Shown: piece by piece, positions 9,971-20,143 of the stretch
How the letters are laid out: every line of letters begins with the position of its first letter
Position numbering within the stretch: the stretch's first letter is position 1
DNA from: Patescibacteria group bacterium
GTDB lineage: Bacteria > Patescibacteriota > UBA1384 > XYA2-FULL-43-10 > 1-14-0-10-43-13
Direction: 5' to 3'
Assembly (NCBI GenBank): GCA_041649155.1
Contig: JBAZNP010000001.1
Location: forward strand, 430,564 to 494,563
DNA: 64,000 bases
The notes under the pieces: model-generated
Told to the model about the DNA's origin: nothing
Seen by the model: the letters and a program-made list of their open reading frames with translations, nothing else
The model's database searches: none
Translations under genes and position numbers: made by a program

Positions 9971-10942
9971 ATGGTTTGTATAGTTATGAAATTCATTTTA
10001 AATCTATTGCTTGGGATTGCGCTTCCGGCTTTTGCCGCATCCAATCTTTCGTCTGACGTAAATTTAAACAGTCAAAACAGTTCCGGGGCGGGAAGCCGTC
10101 CTTATATTATTGAAATTGTGAGCGCGAAAGGCGATAAGACTTCGGAGGTTAAAGGGATTAGCGATAAAGGTGATCCTTTTTTAATATCCGAACAGGTTGG
10201 GGCAAACCCGTATAAAGAAGACAAATTTAGTGCTTTTCCAAGCATTGATATGGGAATAGGCGGCAAGATCACTTTATATCGTGCTCCGGATTATAAAGTG
10301 AAGGACGGAAAGAAAGAATTTGTTGTAAGAAGCTGGGCTAAAACAGTCGGCGATTTGCTGGATGAAAATAAAATTGCGCTAGGACAAGATGATAAAATAA
10401 ATTTTTCTCCGAGTACTCCGCTGGAGTTGAATATGGACATTAACATTATTCGAGTTGCTAGAACAACAATGATTGAATATGAGTCGATTGATTATCAAAT
10501 AGTCAAAAAAGAAGATCCAAATTTAGAAAAGGGCAAAACTAAAGTTGAGCAGGCAGGTAAAAAAGGTAAGAAAAATTTATTTTATGAAGTGACAAGAGAA
10601 GACGGAGTTCAGGTCTCTAAGGTTTTGAAGAAGACTGAAGTTGCAGAAGAACCGGTTGACGAAAAAATTACTGTTGGTACGAAAATTGTTAGTTACGGGA
10701 CGGGTGTTGCCAGCTGGTATGTGAATTCAAATCAAATGATAGGTGCTTGCAATCTCGTGCCAAAGGGAACAAAAGTCAGAGTGGTTAATTTATCTAATGG
10801 CAAAAGTGTTGAAATTACTACTTCCGGCGGTGGACTCAGATCTGATCGTATAGTAGATTTGTCAACGGCTGCGTTTCAGGCTCTAGGGGCTTCCACGTCG
10901 CAGGGAGTCATTGGAAATGTTAGACTAGAAAAAGTGTACTGA
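9971..10942 (+). CDS. Secreted cell-wall-associated protein with a G5 domain and a C-terminal 3D/RlpA-like double-psi beta-barrel domain (YabE/Rpf-like)
   Basis: Signal peptide MKFILNLLLGIALPAFAAS. G5-like segment KGKTKVEQAGKKGKKNLFYEVTREDGVQVSK. C-terminal SWY...GTKVRVVNLSNGKSVEITTSGGGLRSDRIVDLSTAAF, typical of RlpA/3D domains. A TTGACT...TAAAAT promoter lies at about 9946-9971. The track start at 9899 is probably too far upstream. Confidence 0.6.
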   Translation: MVCIVMKFILNLLLGIALPAFAASNLSSDVNLNSQNSSGAGSRPYIIEIVSAKGDKTSEVKGISDKGDPFLISEQVGANPYKEDKFSAFPSIDMGIGGKITLYRAPDYKVKDGKKEFVVRSWAKTVGDLLDENKIALGQDDKINFSPSTPLELNMDINIIRVARTTMIEYESIDYQIVKKEDPNLEKGKTKVEQAGKKGKKNLFYEVTREDGVQVSKVLKKTEVAEEPVDEKITVGTKIVSYGTGVASWYVNSNQMIGACNLVPKGTKVRVVNLSNGKSVEITTSGGGLRSDRIVDLSTAAFQALGASTSQGVIGNVRLEKVY

Positions 10943-10964
10943 AATAAAAATAAAAAAATTAATT

Positions 10965-11915
10965 ATGGATCTAACAAATAAATCAGAGTTGCTTGAGTAT
11001 TTGAAAAAGAATAATTTGTGGGCCAAGAAGGGTTTGGGCCAGAATTTTTTAGTTGATAAAAATGCTTTAGATCAAATTGTCGAAGCTGCGGAATTAACCT
11101 CACCCCAGCCCTCTCCTTCAGAAGGAGAGGGGGAATTGGTCGTGGAAGTTGGACCTGGCGTTGGAACTCTAACATTGGAATTAATAAAACAAGCCGGTGA
11201 AGTTGTTGCTGTTGAAATGGATGAGAAATTAGCAGAATTACTTAAGAGACAATTGTGTCATTCCCGATCTAGTCGGGAATCTACTATAGTGGATCCCCGC
11301 CTTCGCGGGGATGACAATGACAAGCTGAAAATTGTTTGCAGTGATATTCTGAGCGTCAACCTTAATGAGTTGGTGGGTGATCGCAAATACAAAGTGGTTG
11401 CCAACATTCCTTATTACATAACTTCAAAAATTATTGAATTGTTTTTGACGGCAGAAAATAAGCCGGAATCGATAGTGCTTCTGGTCCAGAAAGAGGTGGC
11501 GGAAAGAATTTGTGCCAAAGCCGGTGGCATGTCCGTTTTGTCTGTTTCAGTTCAGCTTTATGGTAAACCAGAAATTGTAGGCATTGTGCCGAAAGAATCT
11601 TTTTTTCCAAGTCCTAAAGTTGACTCGGCGATACTTAAAATATCGGACATTCAAGATCCATTCGACTCGCTATCGCTCGCTCAGGATGATACAAGAAACC
11701 TGTCAAAGTCGTTCTTCCGTTGTGTTCACATCGGCTTTGCATCACGAAGGAAAACTTTAGTGAATAACTTATCCGCAGGTTACCATATCGATAAGAAAAA
11801 AGCTTCTGATATAATAAATGCAATTGGATTAAGCGATAGTGTTAGAGCTCAAGAGCTGAGTATTGAAGATTGGGAAAAGTTGGCTCAAAAAATGAATCAC
11901 GAAGTAGGGAGTTGA
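10965..11915 (+). CDS. rsmA: 16S rRNA (adenine1518/1519-N6)-dimethyltransferase RsmA/KsgA, carrying two in-frame repeat-element insertions
   Basis: GQNFL, VEVGPGVGTLT, NIPYYITS and QKEV motifs. Relative to canonical KsgA there are extra segments: SPQPSPSEGEG at 11097-11135, and HSRSSRESTIVDPRLRGDD at 11266-11316 (51 nt). Confidence 0.8.
   Translation: MDLTNKSELLEYLKKNNLWAKKGLGQNFLVDKNALDQIVEAAELTSPQPSPSEGEGELVVEVGPGVGTLTLELIKQAGEVVAVEMDEKLAELLKRQLCHSRSSRESTIVDPRLRGDDNDKLKIVCSDILSVNLNELVGDRKYKVVANIPYYITSKIIELFLTAENKPESIVLLVQKEVAERICAKAGGMSVLSVSVQLYGKPEIVGIVPKESFFPSPKVDSAILKISDIQDPFDSLSLAQDDTRNLSKSFFRCVHIGFASRRKTLVNNLSAGYHIDKKKASDIINAIGLSDSVRAQELSIEDWEKLAQKMNHEVGS
11266..11316. repeat. Two tandem GC-rich hairpin modules (ATTCCCGA-TCTAG-TCGGGAAT and GGATCCCCGC-CTTC-GCGGGGATGACA) inserted in frame (51 nt) in rsmA
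   Basis: Palindromes seen directly. The same GGATCCCCGC...GCGGGGATGACA unit is intergenic at 44910-44935 and 47466-47492. Confidence 0.7.
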
Positions 11916-11919
11916 CCAT

Positions 11920-13404
11920 ATGAGTGAGGGGAAAGAAAAATCTCAATTTAAAGAGGGTTTTGAGGCGGGGTATGAAAAATCGCAAAAACTTTTTACGCTT
12001 TCTGAGTTTCGTAATGAACTCGGCATTCCTTTGGTTTTTGCGAAAAAGCTTGTTGTTTGGGGTGAAGTTGAAGCGGTAAAAGCTGCTGACGGTACGCTTC
12101 GTATTTCTGAAGAAGAACTGCTTGAAGCCAAAGAAATTCTGAAAAATCCTTGGAAGCGAGGATATTTATATTTAAAATCTCTTGGTCCTGGTATTATTAC
12201 TGGTGCTGCTGACGATGATCCTTCCGGTATTGGCACATATTCTTCTGTGGGAGCGCAATTTGGTTATTCTTTTGTCTGGATGGCGCCCTGGCTTTTGCCT
12301 TTGATGACTGCCGTTCAAGAATCGTGTGCCAGAATTGGCATTGTTACAAACAAGGGTCTGGCCGGAGTTCTGTTAAAACACTACAAAAAAAGTATTGTGG
12401 CCAGCATTGCTGTGCTTCTTGTGATTGCCAACATTGCCAATATTGGAGCTGACATTGCTGCAATGACTGCATCGGTTAACCTTATCGTCCCAATAAATTT
12501 TACGATAACGGCAATTGTGATCGCTATTTTGATTATTGCTGTTGAACTAACCATACCGTATAGAAACTACGCTAAATTTTTGAAGTGGCTGGCGTTGTCG
12601 TTATTTGCCTACATAATTACCGGTTTTATGATCCACCCTGACTGGCTTGCTATTTTTAAAGAAGCAATTGTGCCGGATCTGTCTTGGAATAAAGATTATA
12701 TCTTCGCGATGGTGGCTGTATTTGGCACCACTATCTCTCCATATCTTTTCTTTTGGCAAACATCAGAGGAGGTGGAAGAGCAGGCAGCAGAAAAATTTGA
12801 GCATAAAAAACTTGATCGTATGAATAATAGAATTGCTAAAATGAGAACCGATGTTAAAAGTGGTATGATTTTTGCCAATTTCACATTTTTATTTATAGTT
12901 ATTACCACTGCTTCTGTTTTATCTAAAAACGGTATTACATCAATTGAGTCAGCTGAGCAGGCTGCATTAGCTCTGAAGCCTTTTGCTGGTGATTATGCCT
13001 TTTTATTATTTGCTCTTGGTATTATTGGCACTGGTCTTTTGGCGGTACCGGTTTTGGCTGGATCGGGTGCCTATGCTCTTTGCGAGTTGATGAATTGGAA
13101 GGAAGGTTTGGAGGAAAAATTCTCAAGAGCAAAAGCGTTCTATTCAATTATTGCAGTATCAATTTTAATTGGCTTGGCTATAAATTTCATTGGTATAAGT
13201 CCGATGAAAGCCCTGTACTATTCGGCGTGGCTTAATGGTGTCATGGCTGTTCCTCTTCTCTTTGTGATTATGATTGTCGGTAATGATAAGAAAATAATGG
13301 GAGCGGAAACCCATCCTAGATGGGTTAAAGTGTTTGGCTGGGCCGCCTTTATTTTCTCGGCATTGGCTGTTTTGGCGACGATTGCCTTTATGTTTATTAA
13401 GTAG
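11920..13404 (+). CDS. Nramp/MntH-family divalent metal cation transporter
   Basis: GPGIITGAADDDPSGIGTYSSVGAQFGYSFVWMAP matches the Nramp DPGN/consensus transport motif region. About 11 predicted TM helices. N-terminal ~85-aa soluble extension. Confidence 0.65.
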   Translation: MSEGKEKSQFKEGFEAGYEKSQKLFTLSEFRNELGIPLVFAKKLVVWGEVEAVKAADGTLRISEEELLEAKEILKNPWKRGYLYLKSLGPGIITGAADDDPSGIGTYSSVGAQFGYSFVWMAPWLLPLMTAVQESCARIGIVTNKGLAGVLLKHYKKSIVASIAVLLVIANIANIGADIAAMTASVNLIVPINFTITAIVIAILIIAVELTIPYRNYAKFLKWLALSLFAYIITGFMIHPDWLAIFKEAIVPDLSWNKDYIFAMVAVFGTTISPYLFFWQTSEEVEEQAAEKFEHKKLDRMNNRIAKMRTDVKSGMIFANFTFLFIVITTASVLSKNGITSIESAEQAALALKPFAGDYAFLLFALGIIGTGLLAVPVLAGSGAYALCELMNWKEGLEEKFSRAKAFYSIIAVSILIGLAINFIGISPMKALYYSAWLNGVMAVPLLFVIMIVGNDKKIMGAETHPRWVKVFGWAAFIFSALAVLATIAFMFIK

Positions 13405-13418
13405 CAAGTTATTCTCCT

Positions 13419-14294
13419 TTGTGTTATAGTGAGCGCATGAAAAATATCTCAAAAACTGGGGATGCTTCTCCCAGAGAAGCGTCCCCACGATATGGAACGT
13501 TATATATTGTGGCTACTCCAATTGGCAATCTTGAAGACATTACACTTCGGGCGCTTCGTGTATTAAAGGAAGCCGATCTAATTGCCTGTGAAGACACTAG
13601 AGTAACGAGAAAATTACTCGAACATTTTGACATAAAAAATACAACAATATCGTATTTTCAACATTCCAAGCTATCTAAAATCGAATATATTATCAATCAA
13701 TTAACATTGGGTAAAAATATTGCTTTAGTCACAGATGCCGGAACGCCCGGCATTTCCGATCCGGGACAGGCCCTAATTCATAGAATTAGGGAAATTTCTA
13801 ATTCCAAATTTCTAATTTCTAATCAAAACCCAAATTCTAAAATCTCAAAAAGCTCAAATTGTCATCCTGAACTTGTTTCAGGATCTCATGGGATTTTGGA
13901 TCAAATCTGGAATGATAATAAAGAAATTAAAATAATTCCCATTCCGGGTTCTTCGGCACTCACGGCTGCGGCTTCTGTTTCAGGGATGATTGAAAAAGAA
14001 TTTTATTTTGCTGGTTTTCTGCCAAAGAAAAAAGGCCGACAAACTAAATTTAAGGAACTTTCCAAATTAAATGTTCCAATAGTCATCTATGAATCAGCTA
14101 ACCGCTTGGAAAAGGCTTTGGGGGAAATTAGAGAATATTTTGGGGACAACACCAAAGTCTTTATTGCTCGCGAAATCACCAAAATGTTTGAAGAATATTG
14201 GGGCGGAAGCGTTGATGAGATTATAAAAGATCTACCAAATCATCAATTGAAGGGGGAAGTGGCATTGATTATTAAAAATAATAAAATTAGATAG
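13419..14294 (+). CDS. rsmI: 16S rRNA 2'-O-ribose C1402 methyltransferase RsmI (tetrapyrrole-methylase fold) with a ~35-aa in-frame repeat insertion
   Basis: LYIVATPIGNLEDIT, CEDTR, ALVTDAGTPGISDPG and FLPKKKG motifs. The insertion at about 13790-13890 (ISNSKFLISNQNPNSKISKSSNCHPELVSGSHG) is built of TTCTAAT repeats plus the hairpin TCCTGAAC-TTGTT-TCAGGA. Confidence 0.75.
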   Translation: MCYSERMKNISKTGDASPREASPRYGTLYIVATPIGNLEDITLRALRVLKEADLIACEDTRVTRKLLEHFDIKNTTISYFQHSKLSKIEYIINQLTLGKNIALVTDAGTPGISDPGQALIHRIREISNSKFLISNQNPNSKISKSSNCHPELVSGSHGILDQIWNDNKEIKIIPIPGSSALTAAASVSGMIEKEFYFAGFLPKKKGRQTKFKELSKLNVPIVIYESANRLEKALGEIREYFGDNTKVFIAREITKMFEEYWGGSVDEIIKDLPNHQLKGEVALIIKNNKIR

Positions 14295-14337
14295 TTTTTA
14301 AGCTTTTTATTAACTTTTCTTAATATTTTCTTAAGAG

Positions 14338-15108
14338 TTGAAGGATATAATAACTCTTATGAATAAAGTATACACTCTAAAAGATAATGATCTTGTTTTG
14401 GGTTTTGACAAGAAATATGTGCTCAGGATAAAAGACCTTGATGAGGCTGACAAGCCGAGAGAAAAACTCATAAAACACGGATCTGATTTCCTTTCAGTTT
14501 CCGAGCTTTTGGCTGTCATATTTAATGTCGGGACAAAGAAAGAAAATGTTCTGGAGATGACTCAGCGTATTCTTAGGGAATATGGAGAAAAGGCGATTGT
14601 GAGTGAGAAAAGGCCGGCTAGTCTGGCTAAAGAACTGGAAATTCCTCTTAATAAAGCTTGCCAAGTTGTTGCTTGTTTCGAGTTGGGAAGGAGGTATTTC
14701 TCGGAAAAAGACGGAAAAGCAGTGTTTGTAAGAACAGCAAAACAGGCGTTTGATTATCTTTCTGATATGCAAAATTTGCCAAAAGAATGTTTCAGAGGGC
14801 TGTATTTAAATAGCCGATACCAAATCATTCATGATGAAGTTATCTCGATAGGGAGTTTAACTTCGAACATTGTTCATGCCAGAGAGGTTTTTCGTCCGGC
14901 TGTTGAGTGTTCGGCGGCGGCAATCATTGTCGCGCATAATCACCCGTCCGGAAGCTTGAAACCAACTCAGTCCGACATTGAAGTCACGGAAAAACTAGTT
15001 AAAGCGGGCGAAGTTTTGGGAATTGATATTTTAGACCATCTTGTTATTGCGAAAAATAAATTTATTAGTATTTTAGAGGATAAAGATTATGAAAATGAAA
15101 AATTATAG
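14338..15108 (+). CDS. radC: RadC-family JAB/MPN domain protein
   Basis: HNHPSG motif with downstream D, within AIIVAHNHPSGSLKPTQSDIEVTEKL. Confidence 0.7.
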   Translation: MKDIITLMNKVYTLKDNDLVLGFDKKYVLRIKDLDEADKPREKLIKHGSDFLSVSELLAVIFNVGTKKENVLEMTQRILREYGEKAIVSEKRPASLAKELEIPLNKACQVVACFELGRRYFSEKDGKAVFVRTAKQAFDYLSDMQNLPKECFRGLYLNSRYQIIHDEVISIGSLTSNIVHAREVFRPAVECSAAAIIVAHNHPSGSLKPTQSDIEVTEKLVKAGEVLGIDILDHLVIAKNKFISILEDKDYENEKL

Positions 15109-15376
15109 CATGGACCCGAATGAGTTCTTATTGCTTGCAGAGGAACAGTCAAGCGCATTTATCAACGATTTAGAGCTTCATGATTCTGGAAACGGGACAA
15201 GGGAGGGGCTAAAATTTCACATTAGTTCAGATGATTATTTTGGTACTTTGGCTTCAATCATGCGCTTGCTTATGGACGAAAAATTGGATCACAGCCCAAA
15301 ACATAAAGAGGCAATGCAAAAAATTGCGGATGATCTCATCTTTCTGCAAAAGAACTACAAAATCGCTAAGAAGTAG
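15089..15376 (+). CDS. Small hypothetical protein (95 aa)
   Basis: GAGGA SD 8 nt upstream. Overlaps the radC stop by 20 nt. No family recognised. Confidence 0.3.
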   Translation: MKMKNYSMDPNEFLLLAEEQSSAFINDLELHDSGNGTREGLKFHISSDDYFGTLASIMRLLMDEKLDHSPKHKEAMQKIADDLIFLQKNYKIAKK

Positions 15377-15625
15377 CAACAACAGATTACAGATAATACC
15401 AATAATAACAAATCACTAATAATACAGATAATACGAATGGGGAGGTAATGCGAACCAGGAAATCTGTATTATTCGTACAATTCGTCATCTGTTGTTTAAT
15501 TGTTTTGTTCTTGTGGGACGGGGGTGATTTTGGTAATATCAAATAAGAAAACAACAGATGGTGAATATTACAGATTACATAGAAAGATTGCCACGGTCGC
15601 CAAGATGACCTCGCAATGACAAAAT

Positions 15626-17107
15626 ATGGCGAAAAAAATTTACATTACAACTGCGATTGATTATGTTAATGCCAAGCCCCATGTCGGCCACGCGGTCGAA
15701 AAAGTGCAGGCTGACGTTTTGGCGCGCTGGTATCGGAATGTGCAAAATCAGGACGTTTATTTTGTTAGTGGAGCGGACGAGAATAGCTTAAAAAATGTTC
15801 AGGCAGCCAGAAAAGTTGGCAAGCCGGTCAAAGAATATGTTGATGAGTATGTTAAATATTTTGAAAACCTAAAAAAAGAATTTAACCTTTCATATGATTG
15901 TTTCGTTCGCACAACAGAAGAAAGACATTTTAAGGGTGCTCAAAAATTCTGGAATTTATTTAAAAAAGAAGATATTTATAAGAAAAATTACAAGGGATAT
16001 TATTGTGTCGGTTGCGAGGAATTCAAGCTCGAAAAGGATTTAATTGATGGGAAATGTCCCGAGCATGGAACGGCTCCTGAGCTTATCGAAGAAGAAAATT
16101 ATTTTTTTGCTCTTTCCAAGTATCAAGACCAGTTAATCAAACTTATCGAGAGCGGTAAGCTTGAAATTTTGCCTGATTTTCGCAAAAACGAAGTCTTAAG
16201 TTTTATTAAGGGCGGTTTAGCGGATTTTTCGATCTCCCGATCGGTGGAACGTGCGGAAAACTGGGGTGTGCCGGTTCCAAACGATCCAAGTCAGGTGATG
16301 TATGTATGGGTAGATGCGCTGTCGAACTACATCACTGCTTTGGATTTTGATACTGACGGGGAACTTTATAAAAAATATTGGGAAGGATCTGATGAGAGAA
16401 TTCATGTAATCGGGAAGGGAATTTTACGATTTCATGCGGTATATTGGACAGCGATGCTTTTGTCAGCCGGTCTTCCTTTGCCGACAAAAATTATTTCTCA
16501 CGAATATATTACGATTGACGGAAAGAAAATATCTAAATCATTGGGCAATGTTATAAATCCTGAAGAAGTGGCTGACAAATTTGGTGTTGACGGATCGAGA
16601 TATCTTTTGGTTTCTTCTTTGCCAAGCTCAAAGGACGGAGATATAAGTTGGGAAAAGATGGAAGAAAAGTATAAGGCTGATCTTTCGAATAGCTTGGGGA
16701 ATTTGGTTCAAAGAACTATCTCAATGATCAATAAATATGAAATCAAAACGGATAGGAAGATGCGATACTATTCTCAGGAGGAGATATCGGATGCAGACGA
16801 AGAAAAGACTGCAAAGCTGATTTATGATGATTATATGACTGAATTTAAGTTTGATTTTGTTCTGCAGGGAGTTTGGGGCGAAATAAGAAAGTTGAATATT
16901 TTTATTGATGACAAAAAACCTTGGGTTCTTGCTAAAGAAGACGACACCGCTGAACTCGCAAGAGTTTTAAATGTTGTTTACTGGGAGCTGTTTGATATCG
17001 CCAAGATGGCGGAACCTTTTATGCCGGAAATAGCTGAAAAGATTAAAGATCAGTTAGAAAGTTTGAAACCGGAACCACTGTTTCCAAGATTGAACGAGGA
17101 AAAATAA
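15626..17107 (+). CDS. metG: Methionine--tRNA ligase (catalytic core, short form)
   Basis: Class I HIGH-like HVGH motif, Zn knuckle CVGCEEF...CPEHG and KMSKS as KISKSLGN. Confidence 0.85.
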   Translation: MAKKIYITTAIDYVNAKPHVGHAVEKVQADVLARWYRNVQNQDVYFVSGADENSLKNVQAARKVGKPVKEYVDEYVKYFENLKKEFNLSYDCFVRTTEERHFKGAQKFWNLFKKEDIYKKNYKGYYCVGCEEFKLEKDLIDGKCPEHGTAPELIEEENYFFALSKYQDQLIKLIESGKLEILPDFRKNEVLSFIKGGLADFSISRSVERAENWGVPVPNDPSQVMYVWVDALSNYITALDFDTDGELYKKYWEGSDERIHVIGKGILRFHAVYWTAMLLSAGLPLPTKIISHEYITIDGKKISKSLGNVINPEEVADKFGVDGSRYLLVSSLPSSKDGDISWEKMEEKYKADLSNSLGNLVQRTISMINKYEIKTDRKMRYYSQEEISDADEEKTAKLIYDDYMTEFKFDFVLQGVWGEIRKLNIFIDDKKPWVLAKEDDTAELARVLNVVYWELFDIAKMAEPFMPEIAEKIKDQLESLKPEPLFPRLNEEK

Positions 17108-17115
17108 ATCAAAAT

Positions 17116-17228
17116 GTCATTCCCGCCCCGATGAGTTATCGGGGTAAACATCTGGCGGTAATCCAGAAACTATTGTATAGATCCCCGGGCACCACTTCAA
17201 AGCTACACCGCTGGTCCCGAGGATGACA
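17116..17228. repeat. TGTCAT...ATGACA-bounded GC-rich palindromic element (113 nt)
   Basis: GTCATTCCCGCCCCGATGAGTTATCGGGG...GGTCCCGAGGATGACA. The ends are inverted. Same family as 43609-43689, 50298-50391 and 56864-56946. Confidence 0.65.
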
Positions 17229-17243
17229 GAAAGTAGGAGGGTC

Positions 17244-18083
17244 ATGTTTGAAGTAATTATTGCATCACTAGGATATGCCGGCGGCGTTATTGCTGACAAG
17301 TTTGTGTTATGCAAATATAGAGTGCCGGTGATGCGATTCATTCCGCTTTTATTTATTTGGCTGGCCATAATTACGGCAGTCTTTTTGCCGAGGTGGGGCG
17401 GTTTTAACTTTGATTTAATATCAGATTGGAAATATATAGCACTTTTTGTGCTAATGATTTTGATCGCAATTTGTTGGAATTTGCTTTATTATCAGGGAAT
17501 TCAAAAGGAGGATCTGCATGAGTTTGAGTTGATAATGCTTTTATCTCCACTTATGACGATTATTTTCGCCACGGTATTTTTGCCAACCGAGCGAGACTGG
17601 AGCATTTTTGTGCCTGGCATTATTGCTACTGGAGCGCTTCTGGCAACTCGCTTCAGGGGCCACCACGTTCGAATTGGCAAAGTGGCTTGGAGGACAATAA
17701 TAGCGATGATTCTAATGTCTTTAGAGTCGATACTTATCAAAGAGTTACTCGGGGCACTTTCTCCTGTTGCTTTGTATTTTGCTCGTACAGTAGTAATAGC
17801 AATTGTATTTTTGATTATGTTTAAGCCTAAGCTATTAGAAATGCACCGTAATGCCTTTGCTCTGGCTATTCTTTCAGCTGTGTTCGGTGTTGTCCAAATG
17901 GTTTTAAAGTTTTATGGCTTTCAAAGCTTGGGAGTGATCGAAACAACTATGATTTTAGTTTTGGGTCCGTTTCTTGTTTATCTTGCTTCCTCAGCATTTT
18001 TTAAAGAACATTTATACAAAAGAGATGTTTTCGCGGCCATAACTGTGGTACTTTGTATTTTATATGTACAGTTTTGGAGATAA
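17244..18083 (+). CDS. Polytopic membrane protein (about 8 TM), unknown function
   Basis: Hydrophobic helices throughout. AGGAGGG SD before the ATG at 17244. The track start at 17223 would read through the repeat element. Confidence 0.5.
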   Translation: MFEVIIASLGYAGGVIADKFVLCKYRVPVMRFIPLLFIWLAIITAVFLPRWGGFNFDLISDWKYIALFVLMILIAICWNLLYYQGIQKEDLHEFELIMLLSPLMTIIFATVFLPTERDWSIFVPGIIATGALLATRFRGHHVRIGKVAWRTIIAMILMSLESILIKELLGALSPVALYFARTVVIAIVFLIMFKPKLLEMHRNAFALAILSAVFGVVQMVLKFYGFQSLGVIETTMILVLGPFLVYLASSAFFKEHLYKRDVFAAITVVLCILYVQFWR

Positions 18084-18159
18084 AATAGTTATCAGTAAAT
18101 CAGTTGTTAGCTGTCAGTTTTAAAAACTTAGAACTGATTCACTTACAACTTACAACTTT

Positions 18160-18945
18160 ATGTTCATTGATACTCATGCACATTTGAATTTCCCTGAATT
18201 TAAACACGAAGTGTCGTCGGTTTTGGGTCGGGCAAAAAGCGCTGGAGTCGATAAGATCATCAATGTTGGTGTTGATCTGCCGACTTCCAAAACTTCCTGC
18301 GATCTGGCTAGGCGTTATCCGGAAGTTTACGCTACTGTTGGAATTCATCCTCATTCTGCACTTGATTTAGATATTGAAAGCCGAGGAATTTTGCTGGCAT
18401 ACGCAGGTCAGCAAAAAGTGGTTGCCATCGGGGAAATTGGTCTTGACTATTATTACTTAAAGCGATCGTCTCAGTTTGCCCGTTATCCCTCGCGGGAAGA
18501 GCAGATTTTTTGCTTTGAACAAATGCTTGATCTGGCAATGGAGACTAATTTTCCGATTATTGTTCATTGCAGGGAAGCTGAAGCTGACATTCTGGCCATT
18601 CTTAAAAGTTACAGTGGAAACTTAAGAGGCGTACTCCATTGTTTTTCCAGCGATTATGCTTTTGCTGAAAAAATATTAGATATTGGTTTAGCAATTTCTT
18701 TTACGGGAAATATCACTTTTAAGAAAAATACTGAAATTCAGGATGCAGCAAAAAGAATTCCAATCGGTTCGATAATGGTCGAGACTGACTGCCCTTATTT
18801 GTCTCCCGAGCCGTACCGTGGTAAGAGAAATGAGCCTGCTTATGTGGTTGAAGTGGCGAAGAAAATTGCTGAAATCAAAGATTTGAGTCTGGCTGAGGTT
18901 GAAAAGGAGACGACCAAAAAAGCTAATAAGCTTTTTAAACTCTAG
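18160..18945 (+). CDS. TatD-family metal-dependent DNase/hydrolase
   Basis: IDTHAHL, GEIGLDYY, HCREA and VETDCPYL motifs. Confidence 0.8.
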   Translation: MFIDTHAHLNFPEFKHEVSSVLGRAKSAGVDKIINVGVDLPTSKTSCDLARRYPEVYATVGIHPHSALDLDIESRGILLAYAGQQKVVAIGEIGLDYYYLKRSSQFARYPSREEQIFCFEQMLDLAMETNFPIIVHCREAEADILAILKSYSGNLRGVLHCFSSDYAFAEKILDIGLAISFTGNITFKKNTEIQDAAKRIPIGSIMVETDCPYLSPEPYRGKRNEPAYVVEVAKKIAEIKDLSLAEVEKETTKKANKLFKL

Positions 18946-19045
18946 GGAAGTGTTGCTGATATTGTTAAAATATTAAAAAAAGACAATTGTATTATGATTA
19001 GTCATTTTTTATTGATATACTAATATAGTTTAAGAGTGAGGGGCA

Positions 19046-20143
19046 ATGGCAAAATCTGTCGTTCTGGAAGTCAAAAATGTGAAGAAAACTTTTCATCTTG
19101 GTAAAGAAGATCTTGAAGTTTTAAAGGGAATAAATTTAGAGATCTATTCTGGTGAATATGTTATATTTTTTGGTCCCTCCGGTTGTGGAAAATCAACTTT
19201 GTTAAATGTACTATCCGGTTTGGAGCCTCCTACCGAGGGCCAGCTTTTGGTTAGGGGGGAATCTCTCTATAAAAAAAGTCAGAAAGAAATCACGGACTAC
19301 CGGCGTTCCAAGATCGGAATTGTTTTTCAGCAATTTAATTTGCTTCGAGCACTTACAATTCAGGAAAATATTGCTTTGCCGCTTGCTGCCGGTGGTGAGG
19401 GTTATAAGAAAAGAATGGACAGGGCAGCCCATCTTTTAGATACGGTTGGGCTAAAAAAATATATGAAACATAAGCCGACAGAACTTTCAGGGGGGCAGCA
19501 ACAGAGGGTGGCGATCGGGAGAGCGTTGTCAACAAATCCGTGGATATTGATATGCGATGAACCCACAGGGAATCTGGATTCAAAGTCGGCTGATGAAATA
19601 ATGAATATTATTGAAGGATTAAATTCTAAATCAAAGAGAACTGTTTTATTGGTAACTCATAACCCTGACTATTTGCATTTTCCTCACAGAGTTTTTTATT
19701 TGAAAGATGGTGAAATAATAAAAACTCAGGTTAATCGCGATATTACAAAAGAAGATTCAGGCCATCACGATCTTTCTTCTGGCAATATTGACTATAAATC
19801 GGCTTTTGAAAATATTAGCAGACCAAAAGGAACAGAAGATTCTGCTAAAAATGAGACTGAGCAAAATATTAAACATGACGATGAGACTAAGGTGTCCGAG
19901 AGAGACAAGCTTGAGAATGTTGATAAATTCCCAAGCTATGCTTCCGTGAAAAAAAATGAAAAGAACGATGATTCTGATTCGCTAAAAGATAATGAGCAAC
20001 CATCGCAACAAAAGAGTTCTTCGAAAGAATTATTTTCTCCTGAGCCAGTAGAAAAACCAACTGAGAGAGGGGTATTTGAGTTACTGGATTACTATAATAA
20101 AAAACAGCCTGCAGTTGAGATTGAGTCAGAGGAGAAAGAATGA
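19046..20143 (+). CDS. ABC transporter ATP-binding protein (FtsE/MacB/LolD-like) with a ~150-aa disordered C-terminal tail
   Basis: Walker A GPSGCGKST, Q-loop, signature LSGGQQQRVAIGRAL and Walker B ILICDEPTGNLD. The tail is K/E/D/S-rich. Confidence 0.8.
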   Translation: MAKSVVLEVKNVKKTFHLGKEDLEVLKGINLEIYSGEYVIFFGPSGCGKSTLLNVLSGLEPPTEGQLLVRGESLYKKSQKEITDYRRSKIGIVFQQFNLLRALTIQENIALPLAAGGEGYKKRMDRAAHLLDTVGLKKYMKHKPTELSGGQQQRVAIGRALSTNPWILICDEPTGNLDSKSADEIMNIIEGLNSKSKRTVLLVTHNPDYLHFPHRVFYLKDGEIIKTQVNRDITKEDSGHHDLSSGNIDYKSAFENISRPKGTEDSAKNETEQNIKHDDETKVSERDKLENVDKFPSYASVKKNEKNDDSDSLKDNEQPSQQKSSSKELFSPEPVEKPTERGVFELLDYYNKKQPAVEIESEEKE